This document shows positions 22,595 to 31,951 of a stretch of DNA of 64,000 nucleotides, piece by piece. The stretch spans positions 35,045 through 99,044 of the forward strand of contig CAYMLL010000001.1 in assembly GCA_964390645.1 (NCBI GenBank). The letters are read 5' to 3'. Under the pieces are notes generated by a model that was not told the DNA's origin, searched no databases, and saw only the letters and a program-made list of their open reading frames with translations. The first letter of the stretch is position 1. Each line of letters starts with the position of its first letter. The translations under genes and the position numbers were made by a program. This DNA is from an uncultured Planctomycetia bacterium (GTDB lineage Bacteria; Planctomycetota; UBA8108).

Positions 22595-24064
22595 ATGAGC
22601 CGTGAACACGAAGACGCCCTGATGCTGACCCGTCGACAGCTGCTCGGACGCACGCGTGCCGGTGTCGGCTCGCTGGCCCTCGCCTCGCTGCTCGACGAGA
22701 ATCTCCTGGCGCGCACGGCCCGGGCACCCGGCACTGATCGTGTCGGCGGTCTCGAGGCGTTTCCGAGCTTCGCCCCCACGGCGAAGCGTGTCATCTACCT
22801 GTTTCAGAGCGGCGCGCCGTCGCAGTTCGAGCTTCTGGACCACAAGCCCGAGCTCGAGCGACTCCACGGCAAGGCGCTCGGCGGCGAGTTTTTCAAGGGC
22901 CAGCGCCTGACCGGCATGACCGCCGCGCAGGCGCAGAAGAGGGTCTGCAAGTCGATCTACAGGTTCCACCGCCACGGCCGCAGCGGCGCCGAGATCAGCG
23001 AGCTGCTGCCACACCTCGGCTCCGTCGCGGACGATATCTGCATCGTCCGCTCCGTGCACACCCAGGCGATCAACCACGACCCGGCGATCACCTTCTTCCA
23101 GACCGGTTTCCAGCAGGCCGGGCGGCCGAGCCTGGGCGCGTGGCTCAGCTACGGGCTGGGCAGCGAGAGCGCCGATCTGCCGGCCTACGTGGTGATGATC
23201 TCCCACGGCAGCTCCAGACGCGACTCGCAGGCGCTCTACGCCCGACTCTGGGGCAGCGGCTTTCTCCCTTCTTCCCACCAGGGCGTCAAGTTTCGCTCCT
23301 CCGGCGACCCGGTGCTCTACCTGGCGAACCCTCCCGGCATCGACGACACGCGGCGGCGCAGGATCCTCGACCTCTCGAACAGGCTCAACCGGGCCCACCA
23401 TGAAGTGACAGGTGATCCGGAGACGCTGACGCGCATCCGGCAGGCCGAGCTCGCCTACCGCATGCAGTCTTCCGTCCCCGGGCTCATGGACACGTCCGGG
23501 GAGCCGGAGCACACCTTCAAGCTCTACGGCGATACCGCTCGCAAGCCCGGGACCTACGCCGCCAACTGCCTGCTCGCGCGGCGCCTGGCCGAACGCGGCG
23601 TCCGCTTCATCCAGCTCTACCACCGCGGCTGGGACACCCACGGCGACCTGCCGCGGGACCTGCCCCTTCAGTGCGGCGACGTCGACCAGGCGTCCGCGGC
23701 GCTGATCTCGGACCTCAAGCACCGCGGTATGCTCGACGAGACGCTGGTGATCTGGGGCGGCGAGTTCGGGCGCACCGTCTACGCGCAGGGCAAGCTGGAC
23801 ATGAAGAAGTACGGTCGAGACCACCATCCGCGCTGCTTCAGCATCTGGATGGCCGGCGGCGGCGTCCGTCCGGGGATCACGCACGGCACCACCGACGACC
23901 ACTCCTTCGAGATCGCCGAGAGCCCGGTTCACGTGCACGATCTCCACGCCACCGTTCTGCACTGTCTCGGCGTGGACCACGAGAAGCTGACCTACAAGTT
24001 TCAGGGCAGATCCTACCGCCTCACCGACGTCCACGGTCGGGTGATCGAGGAGATCCTCACCTGA
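22595..24064 (+). CDS. DUF1501 protein (sulfatase-fold, Tat-signal), partner of the PSD1 protein
   Basis: It has a Tat-like signal (TRRQLLGRTRAGVGSLALASLL). DUF1501 motifs are VIYLFQSGAPSQFELLDHKPE, HHRGWDTHGD and VIWGGEFGRT. It starts 6 bp after the PSD1 stop. Confidence 0.85.
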   Translation: MSREHEDALMLTRRQLLGRTRAGVGSLALASLLDENLLARTARAPGTDRVGGLEAFPSFAPTAKRVIYLFQSGAPSQFELLDHKPELERLHGKALGGEFFKGQRLTGMTAAQAQKRVCKSIYRFHRHGRSGAEISELLPHLGSVADDICIVRSVHTQAINHDPAITFFQTGFQQAGRPSLGAWLSYGLGSESADLPAYVVMISHGSSRRDSQALYARLWGSGFLPSSHQGVKFRSSGDPVLYLANPPGIDDTRRRRILDLSNRLNRAHHEVTGDPETLTRIRQAELAYRMQSSVPGLMDTSGEPEHTFKLYGDTARKPGTYAANCLLARRLAERGVRFIQLYHRGWDTHGDLPRDLPLQCGDVDQASAALISDLKHRGMLDETLVIWGGEFGRTVYAQGKLDMKKYGRDHHPRCFSIWMAGGGVRPGITHGTTDDHSFEIAESPVHVHDLHATVLHCLGVDHEKLTYKFQGRSYRLTDVHGRVIEEILT

Positions 24065-24102
24065 GAGGTGGGCTGACAGCCGCCCGTGTTGTCGAGTGCT
24101 GT

Positions 24103-24146
24103 CGGGTGCTGTCTCGGAGCGGGACGCTTCCTGCAACAGCACCCAC
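24103..24146. terminator. GC-rich hairpin in a convergent intergenic region (candidate bidirectional terminator)
   Basis: GGGTGCTGT...ACAGCACCC forms a 9-bp perfect stem with a ~20-nt loop. It lies between the DUF1501 stop (24064) and the convergent desaturase stop (24376). There is no U-tract, so it may be factor-dependent. Confidence 0.35.
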
Positions 24147-24375
24147 CGCGGTGAGAGCCCCCGAGCCCGCTGACACGGCCCGTGCTGGAAAACAGCGCGA
24201 GCGCTGACCAGTAGAGCCACGTCGGGATCCGGGCTCTCAGCTCAGGACCGGGACCGGAACGGCGTTCCCGAGGCGAAGGCGACGCGAACACGACGAGTCT
24301 GCGGTCACCGTCCACGAGATCCGGTTCATCGAGACCGCCGCCGCTCGCCCCCGCAACGACGCCGAACCGATCGCC

Positions 24376-25614
24376 TCACGCCAGCACCGACGGCTCGAAC
24401 TCGTCCTCGGCAACCGACTCGTCCTCGGCGATCGACTCGGACTCGGCGACCGACTCGTCCTCGGCGACCGACTCGTCCTCGGCGACCGACTCGTCCTCGG
24501 CGACCGACTCGGACTCGTTCTCGGCGACGAACCCGTCCCGGGCGACCGACTCGTCCTCGGCAACCGACTCGGGCACGTTCTCGGCGACGAACCCGTCCTC
24601 CGCCACGGACCCGCTCGTCGCCGCCGCAGGACCGAATGCTCCCGCCTCGGCGAAGCTGACGAGGCGCTCCGTCTGCGTGTCCCACAGCTGCAGACGCAGA
24701 CACCCGAAGATGTCGACGGGACGCAGCGTCGTCGTCACCGCCTCCTGAAGCTCCTTCTCACCCGCCATCGCCTCCGGCAGCCGGTAGAACGGGATCCGGT
24801 GGTTCAGGTGGTGAATGTGGTGATAGCCGATGTTCGCGGTGAACCAGTGCATCACCGGGCTCATGCGCAGGTAGCTCGAGGAGTGGAGCGCCGCGTAGAC
24901 GTGGTCCCACTCGGCGCCGGGCCGCAGCCGGACGCCGGGGAAGTTGTGCTGCGCGTAGAAGAGGTACGAGCCGAGCGCCGCCCCGATCAGCATCGGCAGC
25001 ACCACCCCCAGGAAGAGCACGTCGGGCCGCACGATCGCAAGAGCGACAACCAGTCCGAGGTGCACCAGAATCGCCACGCCGGAGTCGAGGTGCTTCCTCG
25101 GGCTCTTGAAGAACGGAAAGACACAGAAGCTCCAGAAAAACACCGTCACGTAGCCGAGCGCGATCGTCAACCAGTGACGCTGAAGACCGTAGAGGAATCG
25201 CGTCAGTCGGTCCGACTGACGATACTCGTCAATCGTCAGCACGGGAAACGTGCCGACGGCCTCCATCCCGAATCGCCGGGCGTTGTCCCGGTGATGGCTG
25301 TCATGCGTGTGCTTCCAGACACCCGAAGGCGTCAGCGTCAGGATGCCGTAGAGCGAGAAGACCCACCCCGCCAGCTTCGAGTTCTCGAAGATCGCGCCGT
25401 GCTGGTGATCGTGGTAGATCACGAACATGCGCACGTTGACGAGCCCCACGAGCACGCTGACAGGTAATCGCACCAGCCACGGCAGATCGGAACAGATCAC
25501 CGCGATCAGACCGATCAACACGCCCAGCGTCGTCAGAAGATGGAACCAGCTCCTTGCGCGCTGCTCCGACGCAAACCGTCGAGTCTGCCGGGCCAGCTGC
25601 CGTCCATCACGCAT
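24376..25614 (-). CDS. Membrane fatty-acid desaturase with C-terminal acidic hexapeptide-repeat tail
   Basis: Three His boxes are present (HDHQHGA, HDSHHRD, HHIHHLNH) along with multiple TM helices. The last ~75 aa are (E-S-V-A-E-D)n repeats, encoded by an 18-bp tandem DNA repeat. Confidence 0.8.
   Translation of the reverse strand: MRDGRQLARQTRRFASEQRARSWFHLLTTLGVLIGLIAVICSDLPWLVRLPVSVLVGLVNVRMFVIYHDHQHGAIFENSKLAGWVFSLYGILTLTPSGVWKHTHDSHHRDNARRFGMEAVGTFPVLTIDEYRQSDRLTRFLYGLQRHWLTIALGYVTVFFWSFCVFPFFKSPRKHLDSGVAILVHLGLVVALAIVRPDVLFLGVVLPMLIGAALGSYLFYAQHNFPGVRLRPGAEWDHVYAALHSSSYLRMSPVMHWFTANIGYHHIHHLNHRIPFYRLPEAMAGEKELQEAVTTTLRPVDIFGCLRLQLWDTQTERLVSFAEAGAFGPAAATSGSVAEDGFVAENVPESVAEDESVARDGFVAENESESVAEDESVAEDESVAEDESVAESESIAEDESVAEDEFEPSVLA
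24400..24600. repeat. 18-bp tandem repeat (GACTCGTCCTCGGCGACC)n, coding in-frame for the desaturase ESVAED tail
   Basis: About 10 near-identical units are visible directly in the sequence. A few units carry variants (GGACTCG / GTTCTCG). Confidence 0.8.
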
Positions 25615-25792
25615 CCCGCTTCTCCTTCGACGGCCCGAGAAAGACGGGCCCCGGAGTCACTATCGACTCGATGGGCCTCCAAATCCCGTCACGATTCCGT
25701 CGAGTTTTGTCCCCGCTTCGTCAAACCACTGCCATATTGCGAGATACGTGGCCCGAGGAGCCCTCCCCGACCCTCTGACGAAGCACTGGAGC

Positions 25793-26527
25793 TCAGTCAG
25801 CTCTCGGTGCCGGACAGAACCGGTAGCCGCGACCGCGAATCGACAGGAAGTGGATCGGCCGGGCCGGGGTCGGCTCGAAGTACTTCCTCAGGCGCAGGAC
25901 GAAGTTATCGACCGTGCGGTTGTTCGGGTAGTTGCGCAGCTGCCAGACCTTCTCGAAGAGCTCCTCGCGGCTGAGCGGCCGGTCCGGGTGGTCGGCAAAG
26001 TAACGCAGGAGCGCCAGCTCCAGCTGTGTCAGGTGCAGCGGCCGGCCCGAGACGGTCACCTCGTGCAAGTCGAAGTCGACGCGAGCGTTCCCGAACTGCA
26101 GCAGCGCGGAGCCTGCGCTCCGGGTCGTCGGATCGCTCTCCCAGCCGCGACGGCGCAGGAGCGACCTCAGCCGCGCCAGCAGCTCCGACAGATCGAAGGG
26201 CTTCACGAGATAGTCGTCCGCGCCGGACTCGAGCCCCCGCACCCGGTCGTGCGGCGAGTTGCGGGCGGTCAGCATGATCACGGGCGTGTAGTTGCCGGCG
26301 GCGCGCAGCTTCTCGCAGAGATCGAAGCCGTCGAGGTCCGGAAGCATGACGTCGAGCACGATCGCGCCGTAGACCTGCGGTCGCACGAGAAACTCCCGCG
26401 CCCTACGCGCGGTGTCCGCGACGTCGACCTCGTAGCCCTCGAGCTCGAGGTTGAGCTTCAGCCCGGCGGCGAGGTGGCTCTCGTCCTCGACGACCAGCAA
26501 CCGCGTCTTCTCCTCGTTGACGTTCAC
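25793..26527 (-). CDS. OmpR-family response regulator (receiver + winged-helix)
   Basis: The receiver reads LLVVEDESHLAAGL...IVLDVMLPDLDGFDLCEKLR...PVIMLTAR. The C-terminal trans_reg_C domain reads LTQLELALLRYFADHPDRPLSREEL...RTVDNFVLRLRKY. Confidence 0.85.
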   Translation of the reverse strand: MNVNEEKTRLLVVEDESHLAAGLKLNLELEGYEVDVADTARRAREFLVRPQVYGAIVLDVMLPDLDGFDLCEKLRAAGNYTPVIMLTARNSPHDRVRGLESGADDYLVKPFDLSELLARLRSLLRRRGWESDPTTRSAGSALLQFGNARVDFDLHEVTVSGRPLHLTQLELALLRYFADHPDRPLSREELFEKVWQLRNYPNNRTVDNFVLRLRKYFEPTPARPIHFLSIRGRGYRFCPAPRAD

Positions 26528-27585
26528 GCTTCCGAGCCTGTCGCCTGCGCCTGTCGATTCGCGTCAACCCTGCGCTCGCGCTTCCTGACGGGGAGCGAGA
26601 CGCGCGCGACGGTTCCTTCGTGAACGCCGTCGGAGTGGACCTTCAGCTTGCCACCGAGCACTCGCACGATCGCCGAGACGACGAAGAGCCCCAGCCCGCT
26701 CCCATGGCGAGTGCGAACGGTCTCGTGCGGCACGCGGTAGAACCGCTCGACGATCTTCTTGCGATACTGCGGTGGAATGCCGACGCCACGATCGGTGATC
26801 TCGACATACACCTGGCGCTCGTCCCCGTGCGCACGCACCTTGACGTCGACCGGCCGCTCGAGCCCCTGTGAGTACTTGAACGCGTTGTCGAGCAGGTTCT
26901 TGACGACGATCTCCAGCGCGCCGGGATCGGTCTCCAGAACGAGATCGTCCGGCACGTCGATCTCCACGCACTCCGCGGGCTGCTTGTAGTACCGCAGGAG
27001 GCTCTCGACGTTCGCCTCGACGAGTTCGCGAAGCCGGACATCCGACAACGCGTACCCCTCAGGGGGACAGGAGAGCCGGCTCGCCTCGAGGACGTCATCG
27101 ATGAAGATCGACAGGCGGTCGACGTCCTCGACCATCATCTCCCGCACCTCGGCGCGCTGTCGTGGAGCGAGATCGTCGCGCGCCAGAGTTCCGAGGCAGA
27201 GCTTGAGCGACGCCAGAGGGCTCTTGAGCTCATGCGTCACCGAGTCGATGAATCCGGTCTGACGGTGGACCATGCGGATCTCGCGCACCAGAAAGACACA
27301 GAAGAGCACGAGCACGGTGATGATGGAGATGAAGGACGCGCTGCCCAGGACGAGCAGCCACGACGTCTGCGCGATCTCGTCGGTGTGGGAGAAGTTCTGG
27401 ACGATGACCAGGATCCACCCGACCAGCAGCGCAGTGCTCAGCCCGACGGAAAAAATCCCCGCGGCGATGGGAAAGGAGATGGATCGTCGGATCGGAGGGG
27501 CTCCCGACGGGCGGTGGCAGGGCGACAAGCGACAAGGATCGACCGCGAGTGTATCAAGGTCGGGAGGTGGGGAAAGAGGTTTCAC
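26524..27585 (-). CDS. Sensor histidine kinase (2 TM, HisKA + HATPase_c)
   Basis: The H-box is SVTHELKSPLASL. N, G1 and G2 boxes are VKNLLDNAFKY, ITDRGVGIP and GSGLGL. Its stop overlaps the response-regulator start (ATGA at 26524-26527). Confidence 0.8.
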   Translation of the reverse strand: MKPLSPPPDLDTLAVDPCRLSPCHRPSGAPPIRRSISFPIAAGIFSVGLSTALLVGWILVIVQNFSHTDEIAQTSWLLVLGSASFISIITVLVLFCVFLVREIRMVHRQTGFIDSVTHELKSPLASLKLCLGTLARDDLAPRQRAEVREMMVEDVDRLSIFIDDVLEASRLSCPPEGYALSDVRLRELVEANVESLLRYYKQPAECVEIDVPDDLVLETDPGALEIVVKNLLDNAFKYSQGLERPVDVKVRAHGDERQVYVEITDRGVGIPPQYRKKIVERFYRVPHETVRTRHGSGLGLFVVSAIVRVLGGKLKVHSDGVHEGTVARVSLPVRKRERRVDANRQAQATGSEA

Positions 27586-27795
27586 CGTCGGAAAGGGGCA
27601 ATTCCCGGGGAGCCGGAAGGAAACCCGTCGCGAGACGCGGAGGGGGAAGGAGTGGGAACAGCGGAGCCCGACACCAGGATGAAGTCGACGACCAGAGCGA
27701 CCAGGGGCCGCAGCCGGAATCCGAGCCGGGTCCGGATCCCGACGCGGTCGATCGATACTGCAAGCGAAGCTCCGCTCGGCACCGTGGAGCGCCCT

Positions 27796-30003
27796 CTACT
27801 CGAGGACTCCCCGCAAGAAGGGCACCCGCCTCTCGACGTACGAGCGGATGGCGCGGCAGGCATCGAGAATCTGCGCACGCCGTGCGCCCCGCCCCGCTTC
27901 CAGCTGCGCCTCCAGGAGCTCGAGATCCTCGAGCAGCAGGCTCTCCACGGCGTCGATCTTCCCCAGAACGGTCTCCTCGCTGAAGCCCCCGCCTGCGTCG
28001 ATCTCGCCGCGGAGCGCATCGCGGTAGAGCGCGTCGAGATCCGCTCGTCGGTGATAGGGCTCGGAGAAGATCCGGCGGTCGGCGGCCCGGCTGACGCAGG
28101 TGCCGCGACCATCGAGCGGAAAGGTGATCGGAAAGGTGACGCAGCCGAAGACCTGGTCGAGGTCCCAGGGAATCACGCGCCAGCGCCCACCGGGGGTCAG
28201 GTCGTGATAGAAATAGTAGTTCTGGTGGAAGCCGTCCCAGTTGTCCAGCAGCTCGCTGATGACCGAGTAGCTGCGAACGGAGTCGAGGTCGACCGTCGCC
28301 TCGAGGTCGTCGGACGCCAGAGCCCGCAGCAGCTGCCGGTAGCTCTCGTTGCCGGTCTCCCGGTGGGTCTTCTTGTCCGGCACGAAGCCGTTGTAGTGGT
28401 CCAGCTTGTAGAGGTCCCCGTCGGGATCGACGCCGTTCAGAGCGAAGAACCGCTCGTTGATGTGCTCGATGAGGACCCGCTGGGACTGACGGGACGCGTC
28501 GCCGTTCTCGACGACACGGAACCACCGCGCCCACGGCGCCAGACCTCCCAGATCCCGCCAGAGCTCGAAGCCGAGCTGCTCCATGTGCGGCGCCCGAGTG
28601 CCCGACCCGCCGCCGCCCCGCTCCGGAACGATCTTCACCGAACGATCGCCGCGATACTCCGCGCCCTTGAGGAACTTGAGCGTCAACCCGCCGCGCGATG
28701 AGCGCAGGTCGACGCCGTCGAGCACCTGGGGAGCCTCTGCCCCCGGCTCCCGGATGACCGCGCCTGCGAAGAGACGTCGGTTCTCCGTCAGCCCCGACGC
28801 CCGACGCGCGAAGAGCCAGAGGATCGGCAACCGGGACACGGTCTCGCCGTCCTCGACGAAGTAGCTGAGCACCGGCGGGCTCTCCGCCGTGTGGGGCAGG
28901 AGAACCGCGGAGCCGTCGGCCAGCTCCACACGGAAGTTGTAGCGCACCAGCGTGCTCGACGGACCCGGCGGGATGGTTGCCGAGAACCACGCCCAGTCGA
29001 GGCCGTTGTCGCCGAGCTCCATGCCCAGCGTCTGCGGATCGGTCACGGCCCCCGATACGCGCTGCCAGCGAACGGTCGCGCTCTCGATCGCCGCAGCCGG
29101 AACATCGAGCCCCAGCTCGACGGTGACGGCGTCCGGGGAGCGGGGATGCTCCGGAGTGGCGCGCGACGCCGCGAGCAGCGGGTGGGTCGGCGTCCCGGCC
29201 GACGCGTTCGGCGCGCCCGGAGTGCCCCCCCACGGACCGACCACCGGGGCGCTCGAGGCCCGCCAGCTGTGCGGATCCTCGGCGGGCGACTCGACGTCGA
29301 CCCGCTCGAGCGACGGCCCGTATCCGTCGGCGCCGTTCGGCCAGGGAAAGCTGTCCGCGTAGCGGAGGGACTCGAGCTCGCAGTCTCCGTCGAGAAGGCG
29401 GATGCGCTCGCCACCATTGGCGAGGAAGCCGGTGTACGGACCCGCCTTCAGATCGAGGCGGCGCCACCCGGCGAGGCCGGGCTCCTTGACCACGAGGAAG
29501 TAGCCTCCGGCCGGGACCACCGTCTCCTCGACGAAGGAGAACCTCACGCCGCCCGAGATGCGATGACCGCGCAGGTCGAGGTCGACTCCGGTGCGATTGT
29601 GGAGCTCGATGAACTCGAGCCTCTCGACGGCGCCGGCCGGGTTGTAGTGGATCTCGCTGAGAACGATGGCCGGCGCGGACCGAGGACGATCGGCGCAGCC
29701 CAGAGCGTCGCAGCTGGGGTCCGGCCCACGGGCAAACGCGCCCGGAAAGGGCAGCTCCGGAGCATCGGTGAAGAGGAAGCTCAGTGTCGTCACGACGTCG
29801 CTGAGGTCGAGCCGGCCGTCGTCGTTGGAGTCGGCGGCATCCTCGCAGCGCAGACGGACATCGGCGCCGAAGGACGCCAGGAGATGATAGATCGCGTCGG
29901 TGACGAGGACCCGCCCGTCGCGGTCCGCATCCCCCCGCAGGAAGTCCTGCGCGCCGAGAAAGAGGGGAGAGAAGCACAGAAGGAAGATGCCGACGCGCTG
30001 CAT
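27796..30003 (-). CDS. Secreted dockerin-like / lamin-tail-domain (LTD) / CotH kinase-like protein
   Basis: It has a signal peptide. Next come an N-terminal dockerin pair (GDADRDGRVLVTDAIYHLLASFG...DSNDDGRLDLSDVVTTLSFLF) and an LTD (IVLSEIHYNPAG...EFIELHNRTGVDLDLRGHRISGG). The C-terminal CotH domain reads LKFLKGAEYRGDRSVKIVPE...NGVDPDGDLYKLDHYNG...WDGFHQNYYFYHD...VIPWDLDQVFG. Confidence 0.8.
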   Translation of the reverse strand: MQRVGIFLLCFSPLFLGAQDFLRGDADRDGRVLVTDAIYHLLASFGADVRLRCEDAADSNDDGRLDLSDVVTTLSFLFTDAPELPFPGAFARGPDPSCDALGCADRPRSAPAIVLSEIHYNPAGAVERLEFIELHNRTGVDLDLRGHRISGGVRFSFVEETVVPAGGYFLVVKEPGLAGWRRLDLKAGPYTGFLANGGERIRLLDGDCELESLRYADSFPWPNGADGYGPSLERVDVESPAEDPHSWRASSAPVVGPWGGTPGAPNASAGTPTHPLLAASRATPEHPRSPDAVTVELGLDVPAAAIESATVRWQRVSGAVTDPQTLGMELGDNGLDWAWFSATIPPGPSSTLVRYNFRVELADGSAVLLPHTAESPPVLSYFVEDGETVSRLPILWLFARRASGLTENRRLFAGAVIREPGAEAPQVLDGVDLRSSRGGLTLKFLKGAEYRGDRSVKIVPERGGGGSGTRAPHMEQLGFELWRDLGGLAPWARWFRVVENGDASRQSQRVLIEHINERFFALNGVDPDGDLYKLDHYNGFVPDKKTHRETGNESYRQLLRALASDDLEATVDLDSVRSYSVISELLDNWDGFHQNYYFYHDLTPGGRWRVIPWDLDQVFGCVTFPITFPLDGRGTCVSRAADRRIFSEPYHRRADLDALYRDALRGEIDAGGGFSEETVLGKIDAVESLLLEDLELLEAQLEAGRGARRAQILDACRAIRSYVERRVPFLRGVLE

Positions 30004-30150
30004 GATTCTCGAGCTCCCGACCGCGGACCGCGACCCTCGGCGACTCCGCTGGACCCGATCATAACGCCCCCGCTCGAAGCTTGTCGACCGCGGCAGAGTG
30101 CGATTCCGTGCCCGCGGAAGGACCCGGAGGATCCCGGCGTCGATCCGGGC

Positions 30151-31560
30151 TCAGAAGAGTGCCGGTATCGGACGGGCCCCGGTGGTGATCTCGAGCACGT
30201 CGGCCGGAACCTCCGGCGCCAGCCGCAGTTCCCCGACGTCGAACACGCTGTGAAAGATCGTGGCGAGCAGGTTCTCGGGGCCGTACTCCTCGCTGGCAGG
30301 CTTGGCAGCCTGGCTGTCCGATCGGCCGATCACCTGACCCATCTCGAGGCCACCCCCGGCGAAGACGAGCGACGTGAGGCCACCGTAGTGGTCGCGTCCC
30401 CCGCGTCCGTTGATACGCGGCGAGCGTCCCATCTCGCCGGTGATGACGAGGAGGATCCTGTCAGCGAGCCCACGCTCCTCGACATCTTCGAGGAAGGCGG
30501 AGACCGCGTGGTCGACCTGACGACCGAGCGGCTCCATGCCGGTGAGACGCGGCAGGCTGTTGTTGTTGCCGTGCATGTCCCAGCCGGCGTCGGCGACGGT
30601 GACAAAGCCACACCCCGCCTCGCAGAGACGCCGCGCGAGCAGCATCTGACGACCGAGAAGGTTCGACGACCGGAACATGTCGTTGTAGCGATTGAGCACC
30701 TTCATGTCGAAGATGCCGCTCGTGTCATAGCGCTCGATCGTGCGGGGGTCCTCCCTGGAGAGATCGAAGGCGTCGACGGCGCCGCGCGTCAGGACATCGA
30801 AAGCCTGCTGCTGATAGCGGTCGACCCCCTCGAGCGCCCCCTCGTCGTCGACCCGTCGACGCAGACGGTCGAGCCCGTCGAGCAGCGTGCGGCGGTCGTG
30901 GAGCCGATCGCGCGGGATGCGCAGCTCCATGTTCTCCTTCACCTCACCGCCGCCGACGGGGTTGAAAGCCTCGTAGGTCCGGCCGAGTGAGCCCGCGGTC
31001 GTCAAGCCCGACAGAGCGTTCGCCTCGAAGTTGCGTCGCAGCTGGAGGCCGGACTTCACCGCCTCGGGAAGCACGAGCGCATTGCGAGGCAGGCCGGTGA
31101 CCGGATGCGTCAGCCCCGTGACCCTGGCGTAGAGAGCGCTGGCCGTCGCCTTCAGGGAGTTGCGCGCGCTGAGCACCTGGTGGTAGGTGTGGCCGGAGTT
31201 CCCCGACGCGTACGAGCGGACAACGGCGAGCCGGTCCGCGAGCTTCGCCATGCGCGGAAAGGTGCCGCCAAAGGTGACCCCGGGAAGCGTCGTCTTCACC
31301 TCACCGGTGACGCTGCGGATCTCCGACGGCGCCGTCATCTTCGGGTCGAAGCACTCGATGTGCGACGGCCCGCCCTGCAGGAAGAGCAGGACCACCGAGC
31401 GGTCCTTCACCGGAAGACCGGCGGCCGCAAGACGATCGCGTGCCGCGAGGAAGCTCGCGAGGCTCCAGCCCCCCATCGCAAGGGACCCGATTCGCAGAAA
31501 CTCGCGTCGAGAGGCACCGGCGCAGGTGCGTCCGAATCCGCCGTCCGTCAGAGTGAGCAT
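30151..31560 (-). CDS. DUF1501 protein (second copy, no adjacent PSD1 partner)
   Basis: ORF 30151..31785, with the start at MLTLTDGG (31560). It has a Tat-like RREFLRIGSLAMGG signal and the DUF1501 motifs VVLLFLQGGPSHIECFDPK, DAGWDMHGNNN and ITGEMGRSP. Confidence 0.8.
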   Translation of the reverse strand: MLTLTDGGFGRTCAGASRREFLRIGSLAMGGWSLASFLAARDRLAAAGLPVKDRSVVLLFLQGGPSHIECFDPKMTAPSEIRSVTGEVKTTLPGVTFGGTFPRMAKLADRLAVVRSYASGNSGHTYHQVLSARNSLKATASALYARVTGLTHPVTGLPRNALVLPEAVKSGLQLRRNFEANALSGLTTAGSLGRTYEAFNPVGGGEVKENMELRIPRDRLHDRRTLLDGLDRLRRRVDDEGALEGVDRYQQQAFDVLTRGAVDAFDLSREDPRTIERYDTSGIFDMKVLNRYNDMFRSSNLLGRQMLLARRLCEAGCGFVTVADAGWDMHGNNNSLPRLTGMEPLGRQVDHAVSAFLEDVEERGLADRILLVITGEMGRSPRINGRGGRDHYGGLTSLVFAGGGLEMGQVIGRSDSQAAKPASEEYGPENLLATIFHSVFDVGELRLAPEVPADVLEITTGARPIPALF

Positions 31561-31951
31561 CGCGTCTCCTGGGTCCACGCCGCGCTCGAGAGCACCGGGC
31601 CACGCCCGTCGCGAAGATCTCTCGACCGTTCTCGCGAAGGGGTCTCTCCCGGACCCTCGCCACGATATGCGGCCGGAGCGCCGATGTCGATGCCAGAATC
31701 GCCGCCGGCACGGCCGATCTCGACCCTGCTCGGACGGCGACCCGAGCGACGTCACGACCTCGCAGGCATGGTGAATCGTCCCCACGACAGGCAGGACAGG
31801 GCCCGCGAGCGTTGACCTCCGAGCCTGCGGCCACGGCGCCCGCGAACACCCGCCGAACCCGGAAAAAGACCGCGGACGCTTGTCGACAGCCGGGGTTCAA
31901 GTCCCGTCTCATCGATACGGAGAACAACGAACACGTCCCGGGGGCCGTCCC

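Noticed and set aside
24237-24563. Minus-strand ORF encoding (PRTSRS)n
   Set aside because: It is an alternative frame of the 18-bp tandem repeat. The desaturase frame (ESVAED)n is contiguous with a real enzyme.
27554-29977. 807-aa Arg-rich minus-strand ORF overlapping the CotH gene (27796..30003) in another frame
   Set aside because: It is R/G/P-dominated nonsense. The co-located frame has signal peptide, dockerin, LTD and CotH motifs.
28891-30990. 699-aa + strand ORF across the CotH and DUF1501 genes
   Set aside because: It is antisense to two annotated genes and shows no domain signal.
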